Origin: Candidatus Bathyarchaeota archaeon
GTDB taxonomy: Archaea; Thermoproteota; Bathyarchaeia; Bathyarchaeales; Bathycorpusculaceae
Direction of reading: 5' to 3'
Length of the DNA stretch: 64,000 nt
Assembly: GCA_963767735.1 (NCBI GenBank)
Contig: CAVYES010000007.1
Location: 256,001-320,000 of the forward strand
Of the stretch, positions 62,414-64,000 are shown in pieces; position 1 is the first letter of the stretch, and each line of letters starts with the position of its first letter. The notes beneath the pieces are model-generated. The model did not search any database. It was not told where the DNA came from and was given only the letters and a program-made list of their open reading frames with translations. The position numbers and the translations under genes are program-made.

Positions 62414-64000
62414 TTATGGCTTTTTTCTAAGCAAGAGTAAGCCGACTATTGCGATTGCGATGATTATAACGATTATGACGGCAATCATTCCATAAGTTAC
62501 GTCTGATGCTGTTGCTAAGCCTGATACTGGAGTAGGTGTTGATGCGGCAGTTGCTGGGCTAGCACAGAAGTATGTTGTAGCCGAAGATCCATAGTATGCT
62601 CCTGAACCTGCGAAAGTTGCAGTAACTGTGAAGTTGCCAGATATGGTGGGAGTATATGTTAAGCCATAGGTGCCCATAGCATTACTTGTGGTAGTGCCTA
62701 TGTCGTATTGGTTGTGGTTTGAATCAGTGACGGTCAAAGTAACTGGAACTCCAGTTGCGTCTGTTGGCAGGGGCGCATTTTCAAACAAATACGCCATCCA
62801 CTCGCTCTGATCTTTGTCAGCTATAGCTGGTGTACCCTGTTCTGGAATGCCAAGGGTAGTTTGACCTGTAGATTGATCAGTAACAGTTCCCGTTATAGTC
62901 ATTGGTTGTCCTGCGATAACACCTGAACCTGGAGCCGAAATTGTTGTTGCGCTTGGGCCTTGGCCGAACGCATATAGACATCCGTCGTACATGTTTTGAT
63001 AGAAGAGTATGCCGTTGGAGATTCCATCACCGAATCCTACTGATGCAAAGGTGTATGTGGTAAAATTGGGCAGATTCCAAATCACTGCGCCTGTGGTAGC
63101 ATTAATGCAATAAAGTGAATATCCGTAGGGTATAGGGTTCGGGACTGTATGTTCTCCTGTAGCGAAGTAAAGCATGCCGTCAGCAATAACTATGTTTCCC
63201 CAACAAGGCCATGTGCCCCATTCAGTGTAATTGCTGCTTCCGCTGTAAAATGTCCAGAGTAACTTACCTGTAGAGTCGTTCCAAGCATATACATGTCCAT
63301 CGACAAAGCCAGCGTAGAATATTCCGTAAGCTGAAGATGCACTATAAGATTCGTCTTCTCCCCAAGGATAATTAATCGCTTGTGCACTACTTGTCCATAC
63401 TACCTGACCTGTGGTAAGTGACACCGCATACTCATTGAGGTCATTACAACTATAGTAGATATTTCCATCCGCGCAACAAGTATCCAAGCCTACCATGTAA
63501 TGGCCTAATGTGCCATTTGCTATCAGTGCCCCGTTTGTTTCATTATAAGTCGTCGTCACAATATACCCAGCAGCGCTATCGTCGAAACATACTACTAAGC
63601 CCGTGTTGTCGTCAGTAGGGTCATATAAGTAGTTCGGAGAAGCTGCGACCCCAAGAGGAGTACTCCATTCAACTTCGTGCGGGCGGCAGCCCCAACATGT
63701 TAAGTTGCCATTTAAACTAAAGTAGAAGAAGCCGCTGTCGTAAAGGGTGGGACTAAAGCTCGCATTGTAGTAGATAGTGTCTCCATCCGTCGGGTCAATT
63801 TCGCGGAGACCGTCGCCGCTTACCCATAGGCTGTATGCACCTGTAACTGCTGCCGTTGTAATTAATTTCGCCCCTTTTTCTTGTCCAGTTACTTCTAAGA
63901 TCAGTGTTGGTCTAGGGGGGTAGGGGGGGTAGCAAGGGGTGTTTGGAGCCCTGGAGGATTTATTGGATTGTCTAAGTCTTTCGAGTATAAAGTTTGCCCT
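62414..64000 (-). CDS. Large PQQ-repeat cell-surface protein, C-terminal part (5' end beyond the window; probable frameshift at about 63915)
   Basis: Propeller repeats, GEHT, ITGTVTDQS, GTPAIAD..QSEWMAYL, TGVPVTL, and a C-terminal TM + RKKP. The frame is open upstream of the ORF-track start. Confidence 0.85.
   Translation of the reverse strand, partial: RANFILERLRQSNKSSRAPNTPCYPPYPPRPTLILEVTGQEKGAKLITTAAVTGAYSLWVSGDGLREIDPTDGDTIYYNASFSPTLYDSGFFYFSLNGNLTCWGCRPHEVEWSTPLGVAASPNYLYDPTDDNTGLVVCFDDSAAGYIVTTTYNETNGALIANGTLGHYMVGLDTCCADGNIYYSCNDLNEYAVSLTTGQVVWTSSAQAINYPWGEDESYSASSAYGIFYAGFVDGHVYAWNDSTGKLLWTFYSGSSNYTEWGTWPCWGNIVIADGMLYFATGEHTVPNPIPYGYSLYCINATTGAVIWNLPNFTTYTFASVGFGDGISNGILFYQNMYDGCLYAFGQGPSATTISAPGSGVIAGQPMTITGTVTDQSTGQTTLGIPEQGTPAIADKDQSEWMAYLFENAPLPTDATGVPVTLTVTDSNHNQYDIGTTTSNAMGTYGLTYTPTISGNFTVTATFAGSGAYYGSSATTYFCASPATAASTPTPVSGLATASDVTYGMIAVIIVIIIAIAIVGLLLLRKKP

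Overview
Archaeal chromosomal window, most likely Bathyarchaeia. This is inferred from GGTGA/GGAG SD sites, split HdrA genes, stand-alone Lrp/AsnC domains, an aRF1 paralogue, PQQ/YVTN surface proteins with PEF-type sorting tails and a Zn-ribbon tyrosine integrase. The left half (1-31 kb) is mostly metabolic: two HdrA-like genes, an acyl-CoA ligase/GNAT fusion, a paaK remnant, two MgtA P-type ATPases, MgtE, a TrkA-C/PhoU protein, pyk, gpmA, a YHS-fused glucan phosphorylase, fumC, malic enzyme and a divergent aRF1. The right half is accessory. An 18.5-kb island (31453-49950) is bounded by tRNA-Arg(TCT) and a 45-bp copy of its 3' half. It carries a KamA + EctA-like acetyltransferase pair, glycosyltransferases and a CheB/CheR/histidine-kinase fusion. 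It also carries a fluoride-riboswitch-led operon (prenyltransferase-repeat protein + dynamin-like GTPase, with a divergent MFS) that is bracketed by copies of a ~35-bp palindromic repeat. Beyond the tRNA lie a tyrosine integrase with an atypical active site, a tail-tube-like remnant, surface proteins, and a 4.7-kb defence-like block (Abi-like, HIT, pseudo-tRNA, Mrr nuclease) flanked by two 70-bp palindromes. Several single-base frameshifts fall in homopolymers and may be sequencing errors. All calls come from motif reading by eye; no searches were run.
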